64,000 bases of DNA, taken from NCBI RefSeq assembly GCF_009914755.1, contig NC_060926.1, one strand, 5' to 3'. Each line of letters begins with the position of its first letter. Position 1 is the stretch's first letter. Position numbers and translations under genes: made by a program. The notes below the pieces were generated by a model that was given only the letters and a program-made list of their open reading frames with translations, did not search any database and was not told the DNA's origin. This DNA comes from the human T2T-CHM13v2.0 reference genome, Homo sapiens. This document shows, in pieces, positions 1 through 15,500 of this stretch.

Positions 1-262
1 ATCACTGGTGTCCTTATAAGAAGGGGAAATTTCAAGACAGACACACACTCAGGGAGTACACCATGTGAAGACTGGACTTAAACAGCTACACCACCAGAAG
101 CCGAGAGAGAGGCTGGAACATAGCCTTCCCTTTGGAGGTAGCCTGGCCCGGTGGGCACTGTGATCTCAGACTTCCAGCCTTCAGAACTGTGAGACAATAT
201 TTTATTGTTTAAGCCACTTATTTTTTGGTACTTTCTTACGGCAGCCCTAGCAGATGCTAATC
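1..262 (+). mobile_element. MLT1-family (ERVL-MaLR) LTR, 3' part, truncated by window edge
   Basis: MLT1 motifs ACTGGTGTCCTTATAAGAAG, TCTCAGACTTCCAGCCTTCAGAACTGTGAGA, TGTTTAAGCCAC, GGCAGCCCTAGCA; similar to the MLT1 copy at 19652-20140. Confidence 0.8.
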
Positions 263-299
263 CAGCGTGCGTCCTGACAGAGGTTGAAGGGGGCTTCTC

Positions 300-816
300 A
301 AGTCCCAGGTCCAGCTTGGTGTGGTTCAGCTACTCAAGAGACATCTGCTGCTAATGGATGAGCAGTCAACCTGGACGCAGGAAATCATTTTTTATTTGGG
401 TGAATACAATATTCTCCTTTTGTTTTCACTTTTCCTAAAAGTTAAATCAAGGTTCAAAAGAAAATCGAGGTTCAAAAGAAAAATTTGGTCTTTACATGTG
501 CTAAAAAGAAAAAAACAAAAAGACTCATTTCATCTTTATATGGGATGGGATCCGTGCTCTGGTGGGCTACAGAGTGTGTCTCTGTGTGGGTCCCTGTACT
601 CCGTGCGAGGTTGGCGGCCGAGCCACGGTTCCCATGTGAGCAGGACAGCACAGTCTCACCTCACACAGAGAACCTCGCCCGAACATGGAACTTTCACCCA
701 CGTTGCCATTTTCCCGCTCCCTTTCCCTCCTTTGAGGTTCACACTCGTCTCTCCAAATTAAAATTTACAAAGAGAGGAGATGGAGGCTCCCAAGTGGCCA
801 CAAAGTCACATTTTAT
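300..816 (+). ncRNA. CYTOR: Probable alternative first exon of lncRNA CYTOR; start approximate
   Basis: Donor-like TAT|GTGAGA at 816/817 and local CpG enrichment at 550-720. This ~520 nt plus the ~310 nt terminal exon fits the ~828-nt two-exon LINC00152 isoform I recall. The TSS is inferred, not seen. Confidence 0.5.
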
Positions 817-2169
817 GTGAGACCTTTTTGCCTCATTTGCTAGTTATTGAACAAAGGTGACTCTGAACCTAGCAGAAGCACGGGTTCAACACACAGTTCA
901 GAAAAACAGGAACCATCAATTCATAAGAACTTAAAGAAAAAAATAGTTTAAAGAACTGAGAAGTTGCCACATTATAGTGAAAGAATGTTGGGTTTTGGAA
1001 ATGACAAAAACGAGCAATCTTCACCTTGAAAATCCGGTGGAGTCAGTTACACAAGACATAACCGCACACAAACATGGCATTTCTGATAATATAATGGCAT
1101 TTACAGTCAAGAAGCTTCTTTCAGAGTATTTCATGGAAAGTTATTTTAGTAGCAAGGGTAGCCTTAAGCAGTGAGTATTCGTCAAGAGAGTGAAACCTTG
1201 ACTTCAAAGTCAAGAGGCGGAGGAGTGAGGACTCAGATCTGGAGGCGACCTGCAGGGCGGGTGCCCACGCACAGGTGTCCCAGCTGTGGACATCCCACGT
1301 GCACAGGAGTGGGCCAAAGAGAGGCCCATGGATCCCTGCCCACCTCAGAAATGTGAGCAGGCAGCTGGGGGGCATTTGGACTCTAGCCGGGACAACCTAG
1401 TGGCCGGGCAGGGGATGCAGGCACCACAGGTCACAGTGGTTTGCTACGAGCGTCAGCTTTTAAAATTTTAAATAATCCTCTTATTGTAAAATTGAGGACA
1501 TTATTTGAAGCAACGCAAAAACCATGTAAAAAAATGTCTGTAGGATGTGAATGGCATGTTTCTTTAAGGCAATATCTGAAGAAAATATAAAAGCCCCAGG
1601 TGAAAGACACCCTGGGAGCAGAGGTGCCCCTGAGGGTCGGCTGCCCCAGGACAGAGGAGGGCTCTGCTGGTGCCCAGGTGGCACTGCCTGTCTTGATGCC
1701 AGGTGCAGGGGTTTAGAAGAAAAGACAAGGAAGAAAATAAAACTCACCACCGACATTCCTACCACTAGAGTCACCCACTGTTCCCAGTCAGGCATATTTC
1801 CTCCCAATCCTGTCCTCTCTGTGTATTTGGTAATTGCGTAAATCATCTCTCCCATAATTAATCTCCTTTAAAATTTGGAATAATATAGTTGTTAGAATAA
1901 TATAATAATCATGCAGAATAATTTAGAATAATGTTGTTTAGAACAATTTTTGTAGTCATGCTACCTTGCAGTCATTCATAACTCAGAAGAACTCTGCATT
2001 TAGAAGGTCTATTTAAAATGTGCCTTCTTTGCTGAAGAGTTAGTTTTATGGTAAAAATCCAATAAAATTGTAGCTAAGCACTGAAAAAAAGTAAAGAATT
2101 AAGCTCAGCCTCCAGAAATACTGATTTTATATATATTTGCTCTGGGGAAGATTGGTTTAAGAAGACCTA

Positions 2170-2710
2170 TAGCCTGTTAATTGCCCTTTTATAAATTGCC
2201 TCCCTATATTTTTTGCCCTCTTTTCCCCTCCCTCCCTCCTTTATTCCCTCTGTCTCTTCCCTTTCCCCTCCCTCCCTCCCTTCATTCCTTTCTTCCTTCT
2301 CTTCTTCCTTTTTTTTATTGTTGTTCTGGGGGAACTTTTCTAATATCCTGGATTTTAAGACTTTGATATATATGCTGCAAATACTTTCTCTCAACCTGTC
2401 TTAACTTTCTTTACTGTGTCGTTTATATTATGGAACTATTTAACTTTTAAGTAGTTATTATTTTCCTTTTAACACCCAGGTTTTGTCTTGCTTAGAAAGT
2501 CTGTTCCTACCCCTAGATTCGAAAAATATCCTCACATTTTTTTCTTCTGATACTTAGTAATTTTATTTTTGGTTTAAAATGTCAAGTCAAGTAGAACTTA
2601 TTTTTGTTTATAATTTGAAGTAAGGGAGTTTCATTTTACCCTAAATGTGTAGCAAATTTTCCCAGACTATTTATTAAGTCATTCACTTTTTTCCTGCTGA
2701 AATTATGATA
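2170..2710 (-). mobile_element. Old L1M-type fragment, antisense, with CT-rich low-complexity tract at ~2218-2310
   Basis: T-rich degenerate L1 ORF2-antisense-like text (GCTGCAAATACTTTCTC, CTTAGAAAGTCTGTTCCTACCCCTAG, CAGACTATTTATTAAG). Confidence 0.5.
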
Positions 2711-5412
2711 TTTAAGTTGATAAGTTTTATGTGTTGGGGAGGTGTCAAATGGGCAGTTTCCAGTTGGAATGTGGGATTGGGTAGAGCTTTGACACAACGT
2801 CTGTGTCTTTCCGACTCCCATGTGACTTCAGGGCAAAGAGGCAGAGGAATGGAGCTCAGAGCTTTTAGAGAATATGGGCCAGAAACAGGAAGGAGTCAGG
2901 ACCTGATAACGGGAACCAGCGGACAGTGAACGCAGTGGAGGGCCACTGGGGCCGGAGCAGCCGAGAGATTTCAGGAGGTGAGCTTCAGAGAGCCTCGGCA
3001 TAAATGGATCCGGGGTGTGGTCAGCTCAGGGAAAGACAGACAACCAGGGCTGAGCACAGGCCAGGCCAGGCCAGGCAGGGCCCCCGGAGAATCACGTTTT
3101 AGTATCTGCATATTGAGAAAGTTTGACCTTGAGTGTGAAATGTAGACAAGCAACCCAAATAAAAAATAGGCCTGATTGGGGCCAAAAACAAAACAGATTG
3201 ATGAAAATAATCTCAAGAGTAGGAATGGACACAACCTACAAGAAGGAGACTGAACCCACCAAGTGTGGCGCTTGAGTCAAATCAAACGATTAGAGGCTGC
3301 CAAGTCGGCCCAAACCCCAAGAGCGTGGGAATCTGGGAGGGCACCGAGGGCTGGGCTGAGAGCCTCTTTTCAAGGAAGTCTTTCCAGGATGCTGTACTTC
3401 TGTCTTGCCACCTTGCAGGCCTTACAGTGAGACCATGAAGTCCCTGGCACTCTCCCTGCCGGACCCGTGGCCGATGTTGATATCTGCTCGGCCGGCCTCA
3501 CAGGTGTGCGCGCTGTGCAGTCGCTTAGGGCCTCCCCTGCGCAGAAGGTCCTGGCTTGGTTTAATGCCCTGCTGTTACCATCTTAAAATTCTTAATGGTT
3601 TTTGAACAAAGGCCGCACATGTTCATTTTGCACCGCTTTGTAATTACATGATTTAAAACTCTGTGCTTTTCTCTTCCTTTTTATTAAAAACAAGAATGTC
3701 AGAAATTGCCCCTTTAAAACTGTAAAACAAGAAGGCATTAAACTCTTAATATTTCAGGTCAAATTTGACACTGTCTCTGGACATGCAGGTCTGGGTATTG
3801 GTGGGCCTTAGCCCCTTTCCTGCTGAGCCCAGAACATGCTTCTAGTCACCTAGCATAGGTCTCTAGGGGGCCTCTGCCACAAGGCAGGGCCAACGCCAAA
3901 TGACATGCAGTTGCCTTTGATGAATGGGACTCTCCACCACTGCTTTATGTAAACAGCAGGTCCTGATATATGAAATGTGGCTTCAAAGCAACTTAAAGAA
4001 ATGAAGGGTCAAGGATAGAATATGTGATGAGATTCTGATACCATGGAGCCTCCAGCCCCAAGGCTTGCTGTGCTTGGGCTGTGTTCTCTGTCCTGGAAGG
4101 GTCCACAGAGAGGGCAGGCTGCCAGCAGGAGGCCTGCCTGCTCCACCAGACTGATGACACTTATTCCACTTGGTTCCCAGAACTAAGAAGTCAGGGGCCA
4201 TGAAGGACTAGTTGCAGGAGAACTCTCTGTCTTAATTTAAGGCATGCTCTGTGGAGTGGGGCTGTTGGGCAGCCTTTCCAATTTATCCACCCATCCCTGG
4301 GATCTCTTGGGATTGAGAAACTGAGTTTCTCCAGGGTTCTTCTCTCACCACTCATATCCTGCAACCTTAGGGTCCTCCCTGTACTGGGTATCAGCCTGGT
4401 CTCAGCATTCAGGGACTCAGAGAGAATAATCAGAGGTGCATTTCTATCACTGTGAGGACCTTAGGCTCAGGCCAATAATGTAAAGAAGCACCCTACCTGG
4501 GAGAAACTTACTGTCTAGTTGTAAAGAAAGCACCAGGGGGCCATGATGCCCATCCCACCCATGTTCCCACCCAAACTCTCCTAAACCCACAGCTCCCAAA
4601 CAAGTTCTGGATTGTACAGATCAGGCTCCAGCCAAGGTGAGCTCACTGAGGTCAGAGCTTACAGAATCTGGGAGCTCAACCAACATGATGGCTTCAGAGA
4701 TGAAATACCCAGCACATCCAGCTGCAGTTGCCCCATAAGGAGCAGAAAGTTTGCTATCACTTCCTCTGTACTGTTTTTATGTTCAGGTGACCTGTGGGTC
4801 AGTTGTTCGTAATGTGGTGATGCCTGTAAAGGGAGCACTGGAGGTCAGGGGGTGCCAGTGAGTGGAGGAGACCATTATAAATACTGTGTCCCCAAAGGGT
4901 GTACAGTCAAATAAATATAGCATGGGAAAAGCCAGGTTGACCCAAGAGAAACATCTTTTTCTAAAAATCTGCAAGACTTCTCAGAGCCTTTGGTCGTGCA
5001 TTTTAAATATCCAAATATGTGTTTTGAAAATATGTGAAACAGCATAACATTTGTGGTATATGTTAAATGTAGATGATGGTGGAACTTTCTGTTTTTTTCT
5101 TAGAGAATTTCATGGGACCAGGCTTCCAAAAAACACAAATGTTTTGAGGACAAAACATATGAATATTGTAGAAGATTAGAAGCGATAAATTACTATAGGC
5201 AGAAGATAAGTGACATTGGATTGAAATTTTTAAAATGGGAAAATAATTACAAATGGAGGAGTGGCATGGTCAGAGGCGGAGTGCAGGTGCCTGTGGCACA
5301 TCTGGGCTCACTGGCTCAGGCAAGCTGCGGTGGAGCAGGAGGCTGGGGACATGTGTGTAGAGTCCCAACTGTCAGATCACAGTGTTGGGTTGGGTCTTTC
5401 ACCTGCAGGGGC

Positions 5413-5469
5413 GTGTGTGTGTGTGTGTGTGTGTGTGTGTCTGTGTGTCTGTGCACATGTGTGTGTGTG
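5413..5469. repeat. (TG)n microsatellite
   Basis: Directly visible, imperfect at the 3' end. Confidence 0.95.
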
Positions 5470-8128
5470 CTGCTTAGAGTTTTTGAGCAAAGTATGGAAT
5501 GATCAATGTGCAGCTTTAGAATAATGACTTGGTGGGAAGAATTGAAGTGAGGAAACACTGGAGATTTGTAGCCCTCCTAGAAGTCACTTTCAGCATGGAT
5601 CTTGGTGTGGCCTGGAAGGAAAGGACCTGGCTTGTGGGAGGCAGCAGCAGAATGGACACATGAGAGCCACAATCAAGACAGACGTGGCAGGGTGAATAAC
5701 TGGCTGAATTGTGAAACTCTAGGCTGCCCATATCACACTGACATTTTGAGAATTCAGAACAGATGGCAACACCTGGGCCCCTGCCTGTGCAGATGGGCCA
5801 GAAAAACGTGACACGTGTGAAGGTGGGCATGGGGTGGCAGCAGTTTCTCTCGCCCAAGCATTAAGAGTGTTACAGAGCAGAACTGTTATTACGGAATTGG
5901 TGAAGCACCTCTGGGGGACTCCCCCTCCTTCCCCCAAGTATATGTTGGCTAAGTAGCCACCAATAACAAATGGAGACACCTGCATGCTCCTGCAGCCACT
6001 GCAGTGTGGCCAGCTCCTCTGCTGGGCTATACACGTGGAGATCGTGTAAGTGACCAGGGCCAATGTCTCTGGCAGCCATGGAGAAACAGGTGGCCCAGCC
6101 CGGCCCTTTCACTGCCCGTGATGGACAGCTTGCCATCGCTGGTCAATAGCTGCACTCCCAGATAGTATTAGGTAATATATAATTAATAAAGAATATTCCA
6201 GTTGATCTGGTTCTTTTAAAACAAGGAAACTTCTTGCTATTTGGTACCCACAAATTCCACTACTCCCTGAATTGTATGTCCTGAAATCTCACAAATTTGC
6301 ATGCTGACATTGTTAATAAAGGAACAGGAGATAATTTAAACAGCCCTGTGGTTTGGAAGTCACAGGTTCTGCTGCTTCATGTTCATGCACGAGACTAAGA
6401 GCCTTTGAAGAAGATCACTTCCTAGACCAAGGCTTTATGTTTGGATTAAATGCAGCTCCTCCAGATCATCTCCCGAGGAGATTCAGCCAGCCTCTGTTCT
6501 CTCTACTATCCCCGTCTTCTTGCCTCATCCCATGCACACATTTATATGTGTTCACATTTATGCATGGACATGCTCTAGTGTGCCCTCTAGTGCAGACATT
6601 TTATGCATGAAACTTTAACCCCTCTTGCATCAAGGCATATAAGCAGAAGAGATGAGTGGAAAGATTTTAGGGCTTGGAAGGGCAAACGTGATAGTCACTG
6701 TACATTATAAAAAACACCAAATGACAGTGTGCTTTGGAATATACTACTAGGAATGTTTCTGCTTTGCAATTAGAAAGTAATGACATTGAAAGGAAGTGAA
6801 AAAAATCACAGGTATATAATTCAGCACCAAATTGATGAGGACACAGAGGTGAACTAGAAAGGCATCCCAGTGGAAACCACTTACAGCCCCATAAAAGCAA
6901 GATCTAAGCAATGGGGATATAAAAAAGGAAGGGAAATTGATGAAGATGACTTGGGGTGACGTGACCTGGAGTTTAGGGAGGGACAGGGACTTGCCTTGGA
7001 CTCACTATGGGTGCTCATGAAGGAGGCAGCATTTGGACAAGGCCCTGAGAGGCAGGTGGATTTGGATGTGCAGTGGTGGTCCGGGTGTGTGGAGTGGGGG
7101 TCAGCATGTGCAAAGGCATGGAGGTCAGCAAACCAAGGCTGAGAGCACAAGAGGTTCGCTGTGTGTCTTCCAGCTGCCCAGTGAGCACATGGAGGTAAAG
7201 GTGCACAACTCGGTAAGCGATAGGAGTTTGTGTGGATCAGGCCTGCTGTGACATAAATATGCAAATGATGTGGTCCCTCGTGGTAGCACCCTCAGGATGA
7301 CGCACTCTTCTACCAAAACATGGCTGAAAATTTTTGGTGTGTGGGGGTGTACCCTGGGAGCCCATTTAGAAGCTACAGTGAAAAGAGCCCTCATTGCTTC
7401 AGCTTTGAGCCATCTGGGCCCTCCCACCTGGCTCATTTCACCTGACAGTTTCTAAAACTTCTCACAAGGAATTTGTCGGTTTATTACACATCCATAGAAT
7501 GCCCTGAAGAGCTATTCCAAAAGAAGAGCTTGAAAGTCGAACGCTAAGCAGAAAAACAGTGACTTCCAAACCACAGGGTTTGTTCGAATTATCAACTTAG
7601 TCCTTTATTAACAACTTCAAGGTGCAAATTTGTGAGATTCCAGACAGGCAGTTCAATGAGCAGCTGGATTTTGCTGGTTCCCAAGAGCAAGGAAAATTCC
7701 CTTGTTTTAAAAAGCCAGATCCATTTGGAATAGTCTTTCTTCCCCACATATTACAGCATGAACGTGACTCTAAAGTACCTGCCGAGGGTCTTTCTTTTTG
7801 TGACGGTGGGCGCTGTTCCCCACTGTCATGGACTTCTCACAGCGCTCAGTGTGCATTCGGTTGCTTCTCTCCATAACGCCTCTCAGCTAACTGTGCTGTT
7901 TCTGTGCTCCTGGGTTGTTAATGTTCAAGTCTTGGCTCTATACCATTTTCCTTATCATTTAGGATTCCACTGGGAAGACATCACTAAGTTGTGAAATCAA
8001 ACTTCATGAGTTGGCTGAGATCATAGGGTTGGGTGTCCTCTGAGCACTTGCAGGCTGGGGGAAGACAGAAAACCTGGACACCTTGCAATTGTTTGCAACA
8101 AAGTGGAAAAACTAAAGTAGTTTTGATA

Positions 8129-8508
8129 TGTGCATTAGTTTGCTTGGACTGCTATAACGAAATACTACTTGGTGGCTTAAACAACAGAAATTTCTTTTCT
8201 TACAGTCCTGGAGGCTGGAAGTGCAAAAGGAAGGTGTCGGCAAGATCGTTTTTTTCTGAGAGCTCTCTCCTTGGCTTGCAGATGGCAGCCTGCTCCTGGC
8301 ACAGTCTTTTCTCTGTACGTGCTCATGTCTGTGTCCTGATTTCCTTTTCCTAGTAGGGCCAGTCAAATTGGATTAGGGCCTAAAGTAATTATCTCATTTT
8401 ACTTTACTTCTTTAAAGGCCATATGTCCAAATACAGTCACATTCTGGGGTGCTAGAGGTTAAGATTTCAATATATGAATTTGCAGGGGACACATCTCCAC
8501 CCATAACA
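8129..8508 (-). mobile_element. MLT1 (ERVL-MaLR) solo LTR
   Basis: Antisense MLT1 text: TGGCTTAAACAACAGAAATTT, CTGGAGGCTGGAAGT, TTGGATTAGGGCC, CCAAATACAGTCACATTCTG, ending CCCATAACA. Confidence 0.85.
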
Positions 8509-8546
8509 ATTTGTTTTTCGTAATACGTTTAAAATACCCATTTCTG

Positions 8547-8849
8547 GGCTGGATGCAGTGGCTCATGCCTATAATCCCAGCACTGTGGGAGGATCACTTG
8601 AGCCCAGGAGTTTGAGACCAGCCTGGGCAACATAGCCAGACTCTATCTATAAAAAAAAATACACACACACACAACCTTGGCCAGATACAGCGGTGCACAC
8701 CTGTAGTCCTAGCTGCTTGGGGGACTGAGGTGGGAGGGTCGCTTGAGCCCAGAAGTTTGAGGTTACAGTGAGCTATGATCATGCCACTGCCCTCCAGCCT
8801 GGGCAACAAAGCAAGACTGTGTTACTTAAAAAATAAAATAAAACAAAAA
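8547..8849 (+). mobile_element. AluJ, small left-arm deletion, CA-rich linker
   Basis: AluJ-type TTGAGCCCAGGAGTTTGAG and GAGCTATGATC; A tail; degenerate TSD AAAATACCCATTTC / AAAAGACCCACTTC. Confidence 0.92.
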
Positions 8850-9417
8850 GACCCACTTCCATTTATTTCACCCACGGATAAATTGTGTAGCAAGTGGTTA
8901 GGTGAAATGTGAAATGTCTGGCCAATTATTGTCATCATGCTCAATTATAGAGACACAGTATGCTCCCCTTTGCATTCTTCATTGCTGATTCTGTGCTTTA
9001 CATCTGGCAGCTACAAAAATTTAGTATTTTGCTAGCAGGTGCATCAAATCTATTTTTGGTTTCAAACAATACACTTTTTGTTTTCAGCGATTCTGACCAG
9101 TAGTCAACAATTGCAAGTATGTGGAATGTGATTCTCCTGCTTTGGGAACAAGGGAGCTCCCAGTTTTGTGGGCAGGATCCGACATTCCCATCATAAGGGC
9201 GGCCTCACCTGTCTGTACCTCTGACACCTCAGTCAGAGCCCTTGGAGTCGGTTAGGCCAGTTTTGGCCCTCCTTACTGAGACCTAGTCATTCTGTAGACA
9301 TACTTCATTCTCCCAGGCTTGGGTTTCTGGTTCAACCTGTGGCTCTGTCATTATCACCAGAAGATATCCATCTGGCCCACCTTCTGTGGCTTTTTTCCCA
9401 TGCACCTTTCAGACTAA

Positions 9418-9840
<423 letters not shown>

Positions 9841-10029
9841 TAATTTTTGATCGTAATTCCACCCACATGTTCTATTCATGTGAAATTTACTAAGGTGAGA
9901 CCAAGTGGAGATAAAAACTATCTAAACGAAAAACTTAGGTCTCTCTTTCAGACTTTTTTTTGGTTTTATGGTGGTAAATACAACCCACTTGGCCTTTCCC
10001 CTGAGACTACTGGTTCTTTTGTCACTGGA

Positions 10030-10230
10030 GTCCCAGAGATCAGGGTTTGAACTAGCCCACCACTTACTGGTCATGTAACTTTGGGCAATTCAGTTTGCAT
10101 CCCTAAGCCTCAATGTCTTCATCTGTAGGATGGAGGTAACCATAATGCCTGTCTCAGAGGCTGCTGCTAGTGTTAACTGTGGGACACAACACAGAGTGAG
10201 GCACAGACGAGGTGTGCAGAAAACATCAGC
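10030..10230 (+). mobile_element. MIR SINE
   Basis: MIR core: TGTAACTTTGGGCAA...AAGCCTCAATGTCTTCATCTGTA. Confidence 0.7.
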
Positions 10231-10832
10231 TTCGTGGTTTTTTACTCTTCTGCACTTGCTGTAGCATTCTGCAAAACTATGATTCCTTTCCTAGACTCAC
10301 GCCCAAAGTTACGGAGGACCCAGCAACCTTCTCCTGCAGCCCCTGGAAACCTCTTGACTCTTCTGTGATGTCCCCAGTGATCCAGCAGCCCTGGCCTTCT
10401 TTTGATGGCTTGAACATTTGGTCTTCATTGAACAGTTTGTATATTGGAAACTTGCCAGCCTCCATCCACATTCCAACCTCCGTCTGCATCCCTCAGTACA
10501 AAATGGTTCAATCTGTCTACCTCCTTTCACATTCCACCAAGATATTCCAAGGCCCAGGGTTCCTTTGACCACCTCACACCTAACAAGTTCCCTCACTGTC
10601 TCTCACTCTCCCCTGAAGATTCTAAGCTGCCTCTGTCCTGCTAAAACTGTAGACCTGAGAATGAAGTAAGGTGCTTCAGGTGAGGCTTGATCAGCCCAGA
10701 GCAGAAAGGGGCCACCTCCTCCCACCCTATAAGACCCTATTAGTGCACCTTGGAGCCCTTTGCTTGGCTGGTGGCTACAATACACTTCTGTTAATGACGG
10801 AATTCCATAACATTTTTCCCCATTAATTTCTG

Positions 10833-11488
<656 letters not shown>

Positions 11489-11974
11489 CCTTTCCTAAGG
11501 TTTTCTAAAGCATGTTTGTGGCAATCTATCTTAGAATCTTGTCAAAGGTAAATACAAGGTTCAGGGTTTACGGAGCCACCTTCTAGCCCTTTAAGCCACC
11601 AGAATTGCTGGTGTCTTATGGACTCCTGAGAAGTTTGTGGTGGTGATTCTTAGAGCTCAGCTCCCGACTGCTGGACTGTCGGTCACTGGGCAGAAACAGA
11701 ACTCAGTTCTCATCACCTGGATGCCGTTTCATACTCTCCACCCTCTCCTGGGCTTCAGTTGCCCCACACAATGTCAGTCTCTTTGTGATGGTTAGTTTTA
11801 TGTGCCAACTTTGCTAGGGCATGGTACCCAGATATTTGGTCAAACATTATCCTGGATGTTTCTGTGAAGGCACTTTTTAGCAGATTAACATTTAAATCAG
11901 TAGATTTTGGCAAAGCAGAGTCATAATGTGGGTGGGCCTCATCCAGTCAGTTGAAGGCCTTAATAGAAAATGAT

Positions 11975-12387
<413 letters not shown>

Positions 12388-12446
12388 TTACCATTGTGGG
12401 AACCTAATCCTTAAACAACTCAATCTCCACTACCCTCCTCGCCCTT

Positions 12447-12470
12447 CTCTCTCTCTCTCTCTCACACACA

Positions 12471-12514
<44 letters not shown>
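12447..12514. repeat. Compound (CT)n(CA)n microsatellite
   Basis: Directly visible. Confidence 0.95.
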
Positions 12515-12515
<1 letters not shown>

Positions 12516-15500
12516 CCAATTGATTCTGTTTCTTTGGAGAACTCTGACTAACACAGTCTCCTTCTCAGTATTAATGTTTTTTTCTTGGACAGAAAATATA
12601 GATAAAATAGAAGTCTAGAAGTTCTGTTTTCTCTCACGACCAAATTCTTCTATTTCTCTTTTAACCCATTCAGATTTGTGAGTCCCGGAGCGTGCTTTGC
12701 CAGGGCTCTGTTGAGTTCCACAGTGCATTGAGCACCACTATGTGGAAGGCACTGGCTCTCAACAGGCAGCAGGCACCTTTTCCCTAATGAACTGTCTTTC
12801 CAGGTTTCACTCAAGCCCTTTCTATCAGACTTCTACCATGCAGCTCTGCCAATGTCTTTAAGCATCTCTCCCTTCTTTCTGACTGTCCTGACCAGGAAAC
12901 TCCCTAATCTCTAATATCTAAAGTCATGAAGCCAATTGCATCATTAGATGCGCAGTATATATAAATAACATTTACTTACAAGAATATTTTTATAGAAATG
13001 TATGTAAACATACTTACATACATTTCTATAAATACATTTAAATTCCTAAAGACTTGTTTGAGCAATTTAAAAAAAAAATGCTCCAGTTTAACTTCCTACT
13101 ACAATTAGGAATTTGGGGCAGGGTGCATAATTGCCAGTGTACTCACAGTGACTGCAATTAGAATGTGCTGTGGAGTCAGAGGAACTGCCTGACAGTGCCG
13201 GGCAGTTGACCCTGGGCTGGGTTCAGAGCTCTCCAGTGGCCACTGAGAAGTAGGAGAGTGTTTCCTGCACAATCCTGATTTCTTGGGGGAGGAGGTACTA
13301 CTGCATGCTGCTGGGTGGAGCCTCTGAAACTCTCCTGGGCCAGGTCTCCTCCCGTGCTTCCTCTCCCTGAGGCAGCCTCACCTCTTGACGCCTGTCCCCA
13401 GCACACCCTTCTGTAGCTTTCCTCTGACTCACCCCTCTGTGTGTCTTTCTCTCCAACTCGGGGTCCTGTCACCTAGGCCTCTCTCCTTTTTCCTAGGTGG
13501 CTGGCAGTTGCTCTTCCCTTGGTTTTCTCTAATTTGATCTCTTTCCCACCCTTCCAGTCTGCCACAGTCACCCTTGATATCCGCAGAATCCACCCTCCTT
13601 GGAAGGGATGAGGAAGGGGGTTTATATAACTCAATTTCATTTGTAATGTTTCAAATGGTATTTTTTTTCTGGGAATAATTGGCGCTGGATTCTGAACTAT
13701 CTTTCCTGTTGCAAAGAATGAAATCCCTTCTAGGTGATGGGGCTTGATCTTTCTCTGTTGCAATAGCAGCGATGTCCAAAACAATCAATCAGAGGCATTT
13801 TCTACCGTACCTGAGCCATTCAGTGGTTTCGACCTCTGCTCCAGATTACCCAGGGTTATCCAGATGGGTTAATGCGAGTCCTTAGAATGGTGTTTCCCAC
13901 CTTGAGAGTGGGTTGTTGGCTAGGTGTGTGGGGGAGCTGTTTGTCTACACCTCAGAAACGCTCACAACAGCAGGTTCCAGGGAAAGTCCCTGGGTGTCCA
14001 GTAAAAGCTGGGTCGCCCTCCCTAGGGGGCTCTGAGGCTAGCAGAACTGATGGCCCCATAATTTGAGCACAGGTATGCATATTTCATAGGGGTTGGTGGG
14101 CAGACTCATTCATGTTCCCATCCCAGGGGTGCAGGGCACCCTTCTCCCTTCCCCACATCAGCCCAGGGCTACAGAAGCTCCTCAGGAGGCAAGGAAGGGA
14201 ATGGAGAGGACAAGAGTGCCTACAGAGTGGGAAGGAGACAAGCATTCTCAGGTATTTATCCAGGGTAAGGGCAAGGGCTTTTCTGCAGTCCAGGACATTA
14301 GAAGAGTCCTGAACCAAGAACTCCACCCCTGCCCCGATATCAGCTGTTTTTATTGACTGAGCTGTTGGAGAACAGTTTTGGTGTGCGGAAACAGTGAGAT
14401 CCCTAACCCTACACCCCTGAACCCAGCAGATATATCCACACTGACCAGAAAGGACTGGCTAACCACAAGCCTGCCTGTGCATGGCAGGGAAAGGAAAGCC
14501 ATTCTTGAGTAAATGGTGTTCAAAGGTTGGGCAATATATGTATATGGTGTTCTCCTGTGGACATAATTGTGCACAAGGGTCAGAAGAAATTGCTTTCATT
14601 GGGCAAGCTACTTAACCTGTCTAAAGCTTTGTTTTTTTATGATCTGTAAATGAAGACAGATCCTATCTCATGGCTCTGCACGTCACACAGCGATAGCAGA
14701 CAGGTAATTAGGATGCAGGTAGTTAGCAGACAGCCTGGGTGTACTTTAGCTGTTCAAGTTTCCTCAACCTGGCCTCCTAGCCATGACCTTTCACAGAGGT
14801 GCAAATCATCTATGAGTTTGCACAGAATCCCCTGCAAGGAAATATGTTCTTGTTCTTGACTTACATTTGAGTTGGTTGGTCTTACAGTTAAGGCGGAGGT
14901 CATCACTCTTAATAAAGGCCATTTTAAGTGGAGTGACAAGTCACTAAGGGACTTGTTGGCATTGTTTACTTCTTATCCAGGGCTTTCCAAGAAGGGACAG
15001 TGTGTCTGAGTTTTTATCTTATGAAGGTTTCCCACCTGCAGTTTAGTTTACTATTATTCTAAGGGCTGTTTATAAATGAACTAGCTTGTCTTTGCACTCA
15101 GGGTAATTCACAGATTTGTCAGTGACTTCATTGCAGCTGTGAGCTTTACACGAACCTTGCAATCCGCCTTGAAAAATGAAACTGAGTATAAGTGGGGACC
15201 AAGGAAGAATGTTTTTGAGGGAAATAGAAATTACCATCCTAAAAATGGTTCCTTCTGTGTGTCTGCTGATAGAAACCCTTGACCTCTTTAGAAACAACCG
15301 CAAAAGTATTCACTACAATTATCTGAATCTCATAAATAAAATAATGATTACAGCTGCATGGAATTATTCAGGTCTAAATTCATATAAACATATCCCTAAC
15401 GAATTTATTTATCATGACAGGAAAGGAAAGCATAGCTTTGTGCACCCCATCCCACACCCTCCACCCCCTACAAATTTTACTAACACTGTTTCTGGGTTCA

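Noticed and set aside
660-670. CTCACACAGAG resembles the 3' half of miR-4435 as I remember it
   Set aside because: Only 11 nt, no seed match and no hairpin; I saw no miRNA precursor in the window.
321-820. 146-aa and 111-aa ORFs over the putative first exon
   Set aside because: Non-ATG starts, no recognisable domain, and composition driven by A/T runs.
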